Below are positions 9,044 through 17,717 of a stretch of DNA of 56,326 nt, piece after piece (position 1 is the first letter of the stretch; each line of letters starts with the position of its first letter). The stretch spans positions 1 to 56,326 of the IMG/VR virus record IMGVR_UViG_3300016665_000747; one strand, written 5' to 3'. The position numbers and the translations under genes are program-made. Source of the stretch: a virus. Below the pieces are notes generated by a model, which saw only the letters and a list, made by a program, of their open reading frames with translations, did no database searches and was not told the origin of the DNA.

Positions 9044-9973
9044 ATGTCTATTATAACAACCGGTGATATTCCAAGTCTGCTTTGGCCGGGTCTTTATGAG
9101 GTAAAATCTCAATATGATCGGTTTAAGGGGGAATATACCAAAATCTATGAACAATCTAACTCTGTCAAACATACCGAAAGGATGGTTGATATTAGAGGAA
9201 CAGGTTACGCTCTTGAGAAAACCCAAGGTGCTCCTATTAAAATGGATAGCATGGCTGAGCGGTTTATTTATGAATTTGTCCACCGAGAATTTGCCCTCGG
9301 TTTTCAGATCACCAATATTGCTATGGAAGATGATCTTTATGCCGATCAGTTCTTTAATGGGACTAAATCGCTTACTACTTCTTATGAACAAACCAGAGAA
9401 GTAGTAGCCATGAACCCTTTTAACCAGGCGTTTAACGTAGCAGCAGTGCAAAGTAACGGACAACCTCTTTGCTCCGGTTCTCAACCTTATGATGGGGGTG
9501 TTTATTCTAACCGCGTTGGGGCATATAACGGCGTTAATGTTAATGTCGACTTTAGTGAAGCAGGCGTTGAACAGGCAGTAATACTTGCCGGTAAAATGAA
9601 AGATCAGGCAGGGTTATTAATTAATGCTCAAATTGAGAGATTGTTACTTCCACAAGACTTAATGTTCTCGGGTTGCAGGTTACTTGAGTCCGTATTTAGA
9701 ACAGGAACGGCTAATAACGATATAAATGCACTTTATAACATGAAGGCTATTCCGCAAGGTTATGAAGTAAGCCATTTCCTAACAAATCCTAGCAACTGGT
9801 TTGGATTAACTAATGTTAAGGGAACTCGCAAGCATTTTGTAAGACGTCCGCTGAAAGTAAACGTTACAACCGATCCTGTAACTGAAACCATGTCAGTGCT
9901 TGCATCAGGCCGTTATTCTTTTGGCATGTTTACTCCTCTTGGGGTAATTGGCGCTCAAGGGTCAACAGCTTAA
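9044..9973 (+). CDS. Major capsid protein (HK97-fold type)
   Basis: 309 aa at the end of the head module, followed by a strong terminator. The pattern ...REFALGFQITNIAMEDDLY... resembles gpT/HK97-like coat proteins. Confidence 0.65.
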   Translation: MSIITTGDIPSLLWPGLYEVKSQYDRFKGEYTKIYEQSNSVKHTERMVDIRGTGYALEKTQGAPIKMDSMAERFIYEFVHREFALGFQITNIAMEDDLYADQFFNGTKSLTTSYEQTREVVAMNPFNQAFNVAAVQSNGQPLCSGSQPYDGGVYSNRVGAYNGVNVNVDFSEAGVEQAVILAGKMKDQAGLLINAQIERLLLPQDLMFSGCRLLESVFRTGTANNDINALYNMKAIPQGYEVSHFLTNPSNWFGLTNVKGTRKHFVRRPLKVNVTTDPVTETMSVLASGRYSFGMFTPLGVIGAQGSTA

Positions 9974-9982
9974 TTAAAAAAA

Positions 9983-10020
9983 GAAGCACTTAAAATTAAA
10001 GCTTAAGTGCTTCCTGTTTT
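9983..10020 (+). terminator. Rho-independent terminator after the capsid gene
   Basis: Perfect 11-bp stem gaagcacttaa/ttaagtgcttc with a 9-nt loop, followed by ctgtttt. Confidence 0.75.
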
Positions 10021-10050
10021 GTAAAAGAACTTAAAAATTAGGAAATTATT

Positions 10051-10734
10051 ATGTCCCAATTTCGTGAATATAAATGGCCAGTTCTTGTGGGAAATGGAAT
10101 ATCACTCACGCAAGCACCAGTGGCAAATACTCCGCTACTGTTAAATGGTTCTTATGTAAATAAAACTACAGGAACAGTTAGATGTGTTGATGATTTTGGT
10201 ATTGTCCCAAGAATTACGCTTAGTTCAAGTGCTAATCTTTCTGCTATTAATTTTCTTATTACCGGTTATCAGAATGGGATTTTTATTAGTGAAACCTTAG
10301 CTGGGCCAAATTTAAATACAGTTACAAGCATCAACTGCTTTGATAGCATAGATAAAATAATTCCAAATACTACTAGCCCAAATACTCTTTTAGTAGGTTT
10401 TTCTAATACAGGTTATTATCCGATTATTCCTTTGAATATACTAAGATCAGGCGCAGGCACTTTTTCCTTAAACGCAATAGCAGCAGCTGAGAATCCTCTT
10501 ACTTATCAAGTTTTCATTTCATTGAAGGATTATATAGGAATAGGTAAATACGATGATTTGAGTACTGCTCCAAGTGTTGGTAGTACTGGTACCGGTAATT
10601 TTGCAAGCCTTGTTAGTAGTCGCACAGCGTCGTTCTTTGCTCAGTATAATAATATAGGAGCTAACTTACTTTTTAAAATTGGCACAACTTCTACTGGGAC
10701 TAATCCTGTTAGGGTTCAATTTTTACAAGTTTAA
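10051..10734 (+). CDS. Hypothetical virion protein
   Basis: 227-aa ORF with an RBS (aggaaattattATG), first gene of the tail block. Confidence 0.55.
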   Translation: MSQFREYKWPVLVGNGISLTQAPVANTPLLLNGSYVNKTTGTVRCVDDFGIVPRITLSSSANLSAINFLITGYQNGIFISETLAGPNLNTVTSINCFDSIDKIIPNTTSPNTLLVGFSNTGYYPIIPLNILRSGAGTFSLNAIAAAENPLTYQVFISLKDYIGIGKYDDLSTAPSVGSTGTGNFASLVSSRTASFFAQYNNIGANLLFKIGTTSTGTNPVRVQFLQV

Positions 10735-10753
10735 CTAAAAAGATGGTATCTAA

Positions 10754-11800
10754 ATGCCGGCAACTAGTGGAAGTTATAGCTTTAGCAACATAAAAGCAGA
10801 GCTGATTATCAGAAAGGCTTATGAGTTAATCGGTATGCCCCTTAGTATGGTAACTGCCGAGCAATATAATTCAGCACTTAATATTATCAATTTTATTTTA
10901 AGCGATTGGACTAACTCCAATGTCAACTTATGGACATTAAAATTAAATCCTGTTTTTTTAACTCCGGGGCAAGCATCCTATCCTTTACCGAGCAACATTA
11001 CTAAAGTATTTCAAGTATTCCTAAGAAGTAACACAAGACAGAATTTTGGCGGTACTCCGAACAATGGAGGATATGGAGGAGTAGCGGCTTATGCGTTTGA
11101 TGGTAATCCTAATACTGCTTGTACTCAAGACCAGGTAAACGGCTTGATAGGTTATGCTTATTCTACTCCCCAAGTGATTAAAATTCTAGGCGTGCAATCA
11201 AATGTAGATAGGGAGTATAGCTTAACATTTTCTGGCCAGAGTAGCGATTATCAAACGATTTATTATGCTAAGACTATTCCTAAAACCTTATATAAAAAAG
11301 GTATTACGCAGTGGTTTCTGCTGGAAGATAATTTAGCTTTGTGTCCCTATTATCAGATACAGGAAACAGCAGGAGCTACCCTTGATATCTCGGAAGTCTA
11401 TTTTAACAACCAGTTACAGGATACTACCATGAGCGAGGTATCCAGATATGAATATCTATCTTATCCCAATAAATCGCAAATCGGTAGACCTACCATTTAC
11501 TACGTTGATTACCAGAGGACTCCATCTCTCTATATATGGCAGACTGCTTCTCTTGCGTATAATTTAATAATGTATAGCGGTCAAAGCAGTATAGAAACTC
11601 TAGAGAATTACACGCAAGGCATTGATATTCCGGCATATTTTTATACTCCTTTAATATATGGGTTAGCAAGCATGCTAGCAGCACAATACGCCCCTGAAAA
11701 AGAAGAAGGTTTAAAAATGAGATATCAGGAAACGCTGAGTCCGGCAGTAATTAATAATACGACAGAAGTCCCGCTTAAGCTGGAGGTATATAGTGACTAG
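10754..11800 (+). CDS. Candidate head-tail adaptor (T7 gp11-like N-terminal pattern)
   Basis: The N-terminus ...KAELIIRKAYELIGMPLSMVTAEQYNSALNIINFILSDWTNSNVNLW resembles the T7 gp11 N-terminal pattern (AVNDILASIGEPPVSTL...ARRILNKINRQIQSRGW). This is a pattern-level match only. Confidence 0.35.
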   Translation: MPATSGSYSFSNIKAELIIRKAYELIGMPLSMVTAEQYNSALNIINFILSDWTNSNVNLWTLKLNPVFLTPGQASYPLPSNITKVFQVFLRSNTRQNFGGTPNNGGYGGVAAYAFDGNPNTACTQDQVNGLIGYAYSTPQVIKILGVQSNVDREYSLTFSGQSSDYQTIYYAKTIPKTLYKKGITQWFLLEDNLALCPYYQIQETAGATLDISEVYFNNQLQDTTMSEVSRYEYLSYPNKSQIGRPTIYYVDYQRTPSLYIWQTASLAYNLIMYSGQSSIETLENYTQGIDIPAYFYTPLIYGLASMLAAQYAPEKEEGLKMRYQETLSPAVINNTTEVPLKLEVYSD

Positions 11801-12233
11801 TTTAAAGAACACTCCTGTAAATACGCAAATGGGAGATTACGTTAGAAAGGATGTAATTGAACCTATTGGCACTTGCGATTATTCGGGTTTTCCTTTTAGC
11901 AGGTCTGATCTAGTTAAGCAATATGAATGGAGGGGTAATCAGTTAGTCTGGACAGGGGCAATAGTAGGACGTCCTTTTGTTGATGAGCCAAACGAGCAGA
12001 ATAGACCACCACAAATAAAAGGTGATCCAAAAGCCGTACAAAATCCTCGCCCATTTGGGATAGAGACGCCGCAAGGCCCTGAGGCAACTGGTAATAGTTC
12101 TCCTGCTATTTTAGAAAATATCAACTTTACAAGTGATGATATACCCCCTGTTTTGCCTGATTTTGCTGGTCAGAGTGTTAGTAAAATAGACACACAAGAG
12201 CGTTTAGAATCATTGCACCAAATTAAGTTCTAA
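11793..12233 (+). CDS. Hypothetical virion protein
   Basis: 146 aa with a GTG start preceded by ggagg. It overlaps the upstream gene by 8 nt. Confidence 0.5.
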   Translation: MTSLKNTPVNTQMGDYVRKDVIEPIGTCDYSGFPFSRSDLVKQYEWRGNQLVWTGAIVGRPFVDEPNEQNRPPQIKGDPKAVQNPRPFGIETPQGPEATGNSSPAILENINFTSDDIPPVLPDFAGQSVSKIDTQERLESLHQIKF

Positions 12234-12237
12234 AGTA

Positions 12238-13323
12238 ATGACTAATAATTTTAATCCGGGTTTTGATAGGGAAAAGGCAGCTTTTATAGCACTAGCTAAT
12301 AGAGGTGAGGGACTTACTCCAATTAATTATTTATATGCAAAAGAAGCTAGTTTTGAAAGTATTTTGTCTCCTAATATTACCGGCGGTACTGCTGAGCTTT
12401 ATACAATATATGCAAACGGCATTAACTCTGCCAGTATCACTAATACTGAAGATATTATTACCAGTAGGCTAAAATGGAATAATCCATTTAATGATTATTA
12501 CGTTGGTTTTACTGCTCCTGAAAAACTGACTCAAAACACGATATGGAGATTACCGCTAGGAGATGGAAAGGACAAGCAGGTATTAGCTACTGACGGTAGC
12601 GGTGGATTATCTTTTATTGATGTTGTACAAGGTGGGGGAGCTCCAAAAGATGCTACTTTCATCATACAAACTCAAAATGATAATTTACCTAATGCACAAG
12701 TTCTGGAAGAGCTTGGAACGGGCATAACTAAAATTGTAGTTGGCGGAGCTTTTGCTATTGCAATTAGCGGTCAGGATTATGCAACTAGCGAGCAGTTAGA
12801 GGAAATAAGAGATCAATGCCAAGAATATGCTAATAGCGCAAAGAGTTCCGCTGATTCCGCAAAGAATTCTGCTGACTATGCAAAAGAACGGGCGCAGGAA
12901 GCAGAAAATGCCGCCGATAATGCAAGAGCTTCTGCAATTGCTGCAGAAACTTTTTCAACAGATGCAAGAGCTTCTGCTCTTTCGGCCGCTGCCTCTTCTG
13001 CCTCTGCTAGTGGTTTTGCCGGAGCTGCCGGAGCATCTGCTGCCGCTGCTGCTATTTCTGCGACTGCTGCATCTGCATCTGCTGCTTTAGCCGCCGATAG
13101 TGCCGTAGAAGCAAAAGAATATCTAGATACTCTCTTGAGTACTGAGTTACAACTTCAAGGGGATATAACTGGTAGCGGATTATTAAATGACTCAATTATT
13201 ACTACTTTTAAACCTAATCCGGTATTTACCGGTAATGGATCAATGACTATGCCTTCAGGTAATAACACTCAAAGACCAGTTACCTTAATTCCAGGAATGA
13301 TCAGGTTTAACACTTCACTATGA
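12238..13323 (+). CDS. Tail fibre protein (Ala/Ser-rich coiled segment)
   Basis: Contains a long SA(K/D)SA... and A/S-rich repeat region. The C-terminus ...PSGNNTQRPVTLIPGMIRFNTSL carries the widespread phage fibre motif (T.QRP....G.(I/L)R(F/Y)NT). Confidence 0.65.
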   Translation: MTNNFNPGFDREKAAFIALANRGEGLTPINYLYAKEASFESILSPNITGGTAELYTIYANGINSASITNTEDIITSRLKWNNPFNDYYVGFTAPEKLTQNTIWRLPLGDGKDKQVLATDGSGGLSFIDVVQGGGAPKDATFIIQTQNDNLPNAQVLEELGTGITKIVVGGAFAIAISGQDYATSEQLEEIRDQCQEYANSAKSSADSAKNSADYAKERAQEAENAADNARASAIAAETFSTDARASALSAAASSASASGFAGAAGASAAAAAISATAASASAALAADSAVEAKEYLDTLLSTELQLQGDITGSGLLNDSIITTFKPNPVFTGNGSMTMPSGNNTQRPVTLIPGMIRFNTSL

Positions 13324-13336
13324 TTTTATGCTAAAA

Positions 13337-13356
13337 TTAACTTAACTTAACTTAAC
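13337..13356. repeat. Microsatellite (TTAAC)x4
   Basis: Four perfect tandem pentamers between the two fibre genes, 25 nt upstream of the 13381 start. Confidence 0.9.
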
Positions 13357-13380
13357 AATTGAATAAATAAGAGATTTAAT

Positions 13381-14097
13381 ATGACAGATACACTAATTGA
13401 CAAAAATCTTCGAGGACCTTTACCTTCTCCAGTTGGTAAACCAGAAATCACTGATGGAACAAACTGGTTTACACTTGCTACTGAAAACTGGGTTATTAAT
13501 CGAGAAGGACTAGCCCCTGCTCTTGCAGCTAGTACCCTTAATTTAAACGCTGCTTATGCTAACGGCACTAATGGAGTTGGTGCTACCTTAACTAATTCAG
13601 GAACACAAGTAACCTTTTCTATTGATGGTACAACTCCTGCTGTAGGTAGTCGTATTCTAATTAAAAATCAAACAAGTACTTTTCAAAATGGAATATATGC
13701 GGTAACTAATGCAGGCTCAGCTTCTACAAATTGGGTGTTAACAAGAGCAACTGACTTTGATACCGCCTCCCAAATGACTCAAGGAAAAACTATCGATGTT
13801 ATTACTGGTACTGCAAATGCTGCCTCAGGATGGATGTTAACATCTGCCTCTGTTACTGCCGTTGGTACTAGTGCTGTTACTTTTACAAGACTTTCAAAAG
13901 GAACGGGAATAGATAATATTTTAGGAGTTAATAATGAAATAATTGTTACCATTAGTAATGGAGTTGCAACAGTTAGAATAGATAATAATCCTGTAATGCC
14001 TGGTAATGCAAGTATAACAATTCCAGTCGGTACTACCGCTCAAAGACCACAAACACCAAATGTTGGTGCGCTTAGATTTAACACTAGCCTTACTTAA
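13381..14097 (+). CDS. Tail fibre protein
   Basis: The C-terminus IPVGTTAQRPQTPNVGALRFNTSLT repeats the fibre motif seen at the end of 12238-13323. T/A/G/N-rich. Confidence 0.6.
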   Translation: MTDTLIDKNLRGPLPSPVGKPEITDGTNWFTLATENWVINREGLAPALAASTLNLNAAYANGTNGVGATLTNSGTQVTFSIDGTTPAVGSRILIKNQTSTFQNGIYAVTNAGSASTNWVLTRATDFDTASQMTQGKTIDVITGTANAASGWMLTSASVTAVGTSAVTFTRLSKGTGIDNILGVNNEIIVTISNGVATVRIDNNPVMPGNASITIPVGTTAQRPQTPNVGALRFNTSLT

Positions 14098-14212
14098 ACT
14101 TAAAGGAATTCTTTGCGGGAAAGGACAATTTTTCTCGCAAAGGGAGTCTCTAGCTCTTTGTTTATAACAGCTACAGAGAGTAAATTATAAATGACTAAAA
14201 AAGAGATACACA

Positions 14213-14722
14213 ATGAGAATGGAATATACTGATGGAGTTAACTGGGTTAGTGTACCTAATACTCAAGACATTATCTATAGTAACGTGCCAAGAGGGATAG
14301 CAGCTACAATCGAAAGTAATACTCTATTTAGTACTTCTACTAATCCCATAAAAATCCCTACAACAGGTGATGCTCCCGGTTTCTTGTATGATTTTACTTA
14401 TCCAGTTAGAAACAGACTTAACTATACCGGCATACCAACTATTAGCGTTTTGGTAAACTTACAAATTTCATTAAGAGTTGAATCTAGTACTCCTAATCTA
14501 AAAACCAGTCTCTATATCTATAAAAATAATGGAGCAATACCAGCTGGAAATACTATTGTTAATATACCTGCAACTTTTTCAGAAACTCAAATTAGTACTC
14601 AGGCATTCGTGCCAATGTCAACAAATAACTATGTAGAGGCTTGGATTAGCACCTCTCAATCGGCTTCTGTTAGATTGCAATCTTTTACAATGACTGTATT
14701 AGGATGTGGAACATCACTTTAA
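14213..14722 (+). CDS. Fibre-associated protein (candidate distal/receptor-binding domain)
   Basis: It begins (MR)MEYTDGVNWVSV, the second half of the fibre motif that is cut off at the ends of the two preceding genes. Confidence 0.5.
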   Translation: MRMEYTDGVNWVSVPNTQDIIYSNVPRGIAATIESNTLFSTSTNPIKIPTTGDAPGFLYDFTYPVRNRLNYTGIPTISVLVNLQISLRVESSTPNLKTSLYIYKNNGAIPAGNTIVNIPATFSETQISTQAFVPMSTNNYVEAWISTSQSASVRLQSFTMTVLGCGTSL

Positions 14723-14790
14723 AAAAAGGAAATAAATAATGTCAAACAAGAAGTTTCTGGATTACTTCGATAAAATACTGGAGAATTAAA

Positions 14791-15195
14791 ATGAATGGCT
14801 TTTTAAAAGATATAAATAATAACTTAAATGATCTAAAATTAATCACTAGTACTCAGCTCGATTTGTCATATTTTAACAGTTTGGCAAAAGACGTTTTTAA
14901 TGACTCTACTATATACGCTAATATACAGGCTGACGTTCAATTCATTAATCAAATCGGAGGACAAATCTTTAATTATTTCACCGGTTCTGATCCAAAAACA
15001 CAGCAGGTATGGTTCATAGCTTTAGCATCGGGAATTACAAAATCAATCAATGATGCTAATAGCCTTATTAAGAAAATTCCACCAGATCATCCAAAAGGAC
15101 AGGATTTAACAGTAATACTTAATGTCTTGATATCGGATTGCCAATCAATTGAAAAGATTATACCCCTAGAACAAAATCAAAAAGACGATGAATAG
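14791..15195 (+). CDS. Hypothetical protein coupled to the patatin gene
   Basis: 134 aa. Its last 8 nt overlap the start of the patatin ORF. Confidence 0.55.
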   Translation: MNGFLKDINNNLNDLKLITSTQLDLSYFNSLAKDVFNDSTIYANIQADVQFINQIGGQIFNYFTGSDPKTQQVWFIALASGITKSINDANSLIKKIPPDHPKGQDLTVILNVLISDCQSIEKIIPLEQNQKDDE

Positions 15196-16351
15196 TAATA
15201 AGGTTGATAGGATTCTTTCTTTTGATGGAGGCGGTATAAAAGGCTTATTTTCTGCTTATTTCATGAAATTTTTTTGTCAGGATGCAGGCATTCCAGGCAA
15301 CAAAATCCATGAGCATTTTAGTGTAATTAGCGGAACAAGTATAGGCGGTATTCAAGCCCTAGCATACGCAACCGGTTATAGCCCAGATGATATGATTGAA
15401 TTGTTTTTGTCCCAACAAAACCCTCTAAATGATGGTAGTAGTAACAAAAATAGTATATTTTATCCTCCGGTCTCAACTATTCAAAAAATCAATACTATTC
15501 TATACGGCGACCAGACATGGTATCAGAATAGCAATTTAAAAGCCCTGCTAAATACAAAATTTGGGCAAGCTAAAATGTTTCAGTTAAAAACCAACGTACT
15601 CATTCCAACTGTTAAAATATATACAACACAAATACCAGATGTTGGAACTGATATTAAAGCCTATCGTCCTACTTTATATTCTAATATGCGTTTTAATGGA
15701 CTTGAAGGACAGAATTATCTTGTGCAAAATGTAGCTTTAGCAACAAGTGTTGCTCCTATTTACTTTCCAGCCGTTAATATTCCAGAAGATACTACTCCAA
15801 ATTCTCAGTTCATTGATGGTGGAGTGTTCCAGAATAATCCAACTGCTCTGGAATATGCTTTAGGCAATGCTCTTAATCCTATGAGTAAGCGTGTTTGCGT
15901 TCTATCAGTTGGCACAGGGCTTGGTACAGTTGGTTTATTCGATCCTGTTCCTGTCCCTCCTCCTACTCTTCTTCAAGAGTTTTTTAATGAATTTAAAGAA
16001 TTTCTAATATCACAGAAAAATTATACTAAAAGAAAAACAGACTTGTTAGTTAATTCAATCATTCCTAATTTTGAAAATATCTATCTACTTCTTGATCTAC
16101 TTTCTTTAGGAATAAGCGGACCTCAGGAGGCCATCAATAAAATGTTAAGCTGGCTTTCTTTGTACGGAGCTAAAATAAGTAATAAGGACTTATTCTATTA
16201 TCGATTTAATACAATTTATAATCCCGAACAAAATACAGAACTTGATAGCACTACTGCCGACTCTCTAAATTATATAAAAACCGCCGCAGAACAACAATAC
16301 AATCGAGATGCTTTAAAAATTCAGGCTTTTATTCAAAAATGTAAATTTTAA
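15188..16351 (+). CDS. Patatin-like phospholipase
   Basis: Oxyanion motif FDGGGIKG, nucleophile elbow GTSIGG (GxSxG) and catalytic Asp motif FIDGGVFQNNP, in the canonical order and spacing. Confidence 0.85.
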   Translation: MNSNKVDRILSFDGGGIKGLFSAYFMKFFCQDAGIPGNKIHEHFSVISGTSIGGIQALAYATGYSPDDMIELFLSQQNPLNDGSSNKNSIFYPPVSTIQKINTILYGDQTWYQNSNLKALLNTKFGQAKMFQLKTNVLIPTVKIYTTQIPDVGTDIKAYRPTLYSNMRFNGLEGQNYLVQNVALATSVAPIYFPAVNIPEDTTPNSQFIDGGVFQNNPTALEYALGNALNPMSKRVCVLSVGTGLGTVGLFDPVPVPPPTLLQEFFNEFKEFLISQKNYTKRKTDLLVNSIIPNFENIYLLLDLLSLGISGPQEAINKMLSWLSLYGAKISNKDLFYYRFNTIYNPEQNTELDSTTADSLNYIKTAAEQQYNRDALKIQAFIQKCKF

Positions 16352-16394
16352 AAATAATTCCGTTTATACGATTTTTAAGAGTTATAAATACTTT

Positions 16395-16418
16395 GTGTTA
16401 TAATAAAAAAGAAAAAGG
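16395..16418 (+). promoter_or_regulatory. Conserved 24-nt -10/leader/RBS cassette (gtgttataataaaaaagaaaaagg)
   Basis: 23/24 identical to 20316-20339. It contains TGnTATAAT and a purine-rich RBS a few nt before the ATG at 16425. Confidence 0.5.
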
Positions 16419-16424
16419 AAATAT

Positions 16425-17036
16425 ATGGCAGACTTATCAAATATTACCGCTTTAAGTGGTCTTACTATTACCAGTGATCAAACTACAGGGACTAATAATC
16501 CTAATGCTACTTTTGCTGTTAGTAGTGTTACAACTAGCCAAAGAGATTTATTACAAAATGTTACTCCTTACGTAGTAAATGGAGCAACAGTTAGAATAAA
16601 GGAAGGAACTATCATTTTTAATATCAGCGTTGATAAATTACAAATGTTTAGAAATGGAGTATGGGAAAGTGTTACAACAAATATAAGTACTGCTGCCGGA
16701 GCTGGGTTATCTTCATCTCCTTTTTCCATTCCATCCGGTACAAAAGGAAATGTTGAGGTAGCTGCTAATCAGGAGAATGGATTTATTTATTATGATACTA
16801 CTACCAAGCAAGCAAGAGGACGTATTAATGACCAATGGATGACTTTATTTACTGTTGCTACAACTGCTACCGGCGCCGGTCTTACTAACGGAGCTCCTTT
16901 TGTATTTCCATCTGGGCAGGCTTCTTCGGTTGAAGTTGCTGCTAACCAAGTAAACGGATTTACTTATTACGATACCACAAGTAACACATTAAAAACTAGA
17001 ATTAATGGAGCCTGGAGAACTGTTACTACTGCCTAA
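16425..17036 (+). CDS. Fibre-motif repeat protein
   Basis: Three copies of the complete fibre motif: ...FNISVDKLQMFRNGVWESV, PSGTKGNVEVAANQENGFIYYDTTTKQARGRINDQWMTL and PSGQASSVEVAANQVNGFTYYDTTSNTLKTRINGAWRTV. Confidence 0.55.
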   Translation: MADLSNITALSGLTITSDQTTGTNNPNATFAVSSVTTSQRDLLQNVTPYVVNGATVRIKEGTIIFNISVDKLQMFRNGVWESVTTNISTAAGAGLSSSPFSIPSGTKGNVEVAANQENGFIYYDTTTKQARGRINDQWMTLFTVATTATGAGLTNGAPFVFPSGQASSVEVAANQVNGFTYYDTTSNTLKTRINGAWRTVTTA

Positions 17037-17045
17037 AGTTAACAA

Positions 17046-17714
17046 ATGAATTATACTACTCTTTTAAACCAGATAATAGCTTATGCCAATAGAGGAGGTA
17101 GCATTGAATTTGCTGCTGCCATCCCCTATTTTATTGAGATGGGACAGCAGAAAATCTGGAAAGAGCTAAATACCACAGGTTTTGAAAAGGCAACAGAAGT
17201 TAGTAAGTTTCAAGCAGGTGTTGCCACTATTAAAAAACCTGCTGATTGGCAGGAAACTATCTCAATAATTTATGGTTCGGAAGACATGCTTCTTCTAAAT
17301 AGCGTTGTCCTATTTCCTAGAAGTTATGAGTTTTGTATAAATTACTGGCCAAACGTTAATTCAAGCGACCCTGCCAATCCTCCTTTGTTTTATTCTGATT
17401 ATCGATCAGCAACCGAAAAGACCGATCCTTATAAGTATTATTTGATTGTTCCAACCCCGGATAAAGCATATACCTACCAAATAACTTACATAGGAAGACC
17501 CAACTTGATTACCAGTGATAATCAAACAAACATACTAACGGACTACTACCCTGATCTTCTATTTTACGCCGCCTTTTTAGAGGCTCTTATTTATTTAAAG
17601 GATGATCAGAGAATGCCTGTCTATACAAAATTATATCAGGAAAGCTTAACTGCTTCTAATAACCTGACAAAAGATCGTTATATCGATCGCAGCGTAAAAA
17701 GAGATATAGGGTAA
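17046..17714 (+). CDS. Hypothetical virion protein
   Basis: 222-aa ORF in the tail block. No motif recognised. Confidence 0.55.
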   Translation: MNYTTLLNQIIAYANRGGSIEFAAAIPYFIEMGQQKIWKELNTTGFEKATEVSKFQAGVATIKKPADWQETISIIYGSEDMLLLNSVVLFPRSYEFCINYWPNVNSSDPANPPLFYSDYRSATEKTDPYKYYLIVPTPDKAYTYQITYIGRPNLITSDNQTNILTDYYPDLLFYAAFLEALIYLKDDQRMPVYTKLYQESLTASNNLTKDRYIDRSVKRDIG

Positions 17715-17717
17715 TTT

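Noticed and set aside
9038-9484. ORF 9038-9484 (-) and ORF 9114-9404 (+, other frame) within the capsid gene
   Set aside because: They overlap the capsid ORF completely, and the capsid frame has the recognisable coat-protein pattern.
12827-13090. Alternative-frame ORF 12827-13090 (Leu/Pro/Gln-rich)
   Set aside because: It is an artefact of the GCT/GCA-rich alanine repeat region of the fibre gene, which stays open in a second frame.
14111-14142. Hairpin ctttgcg-N18-cgcaaag between fibre ORFs as a terminator
   Set aside because: The stem is 7 bp with a large loop and no following T run. It is kept only as context for the split-fibre observation.
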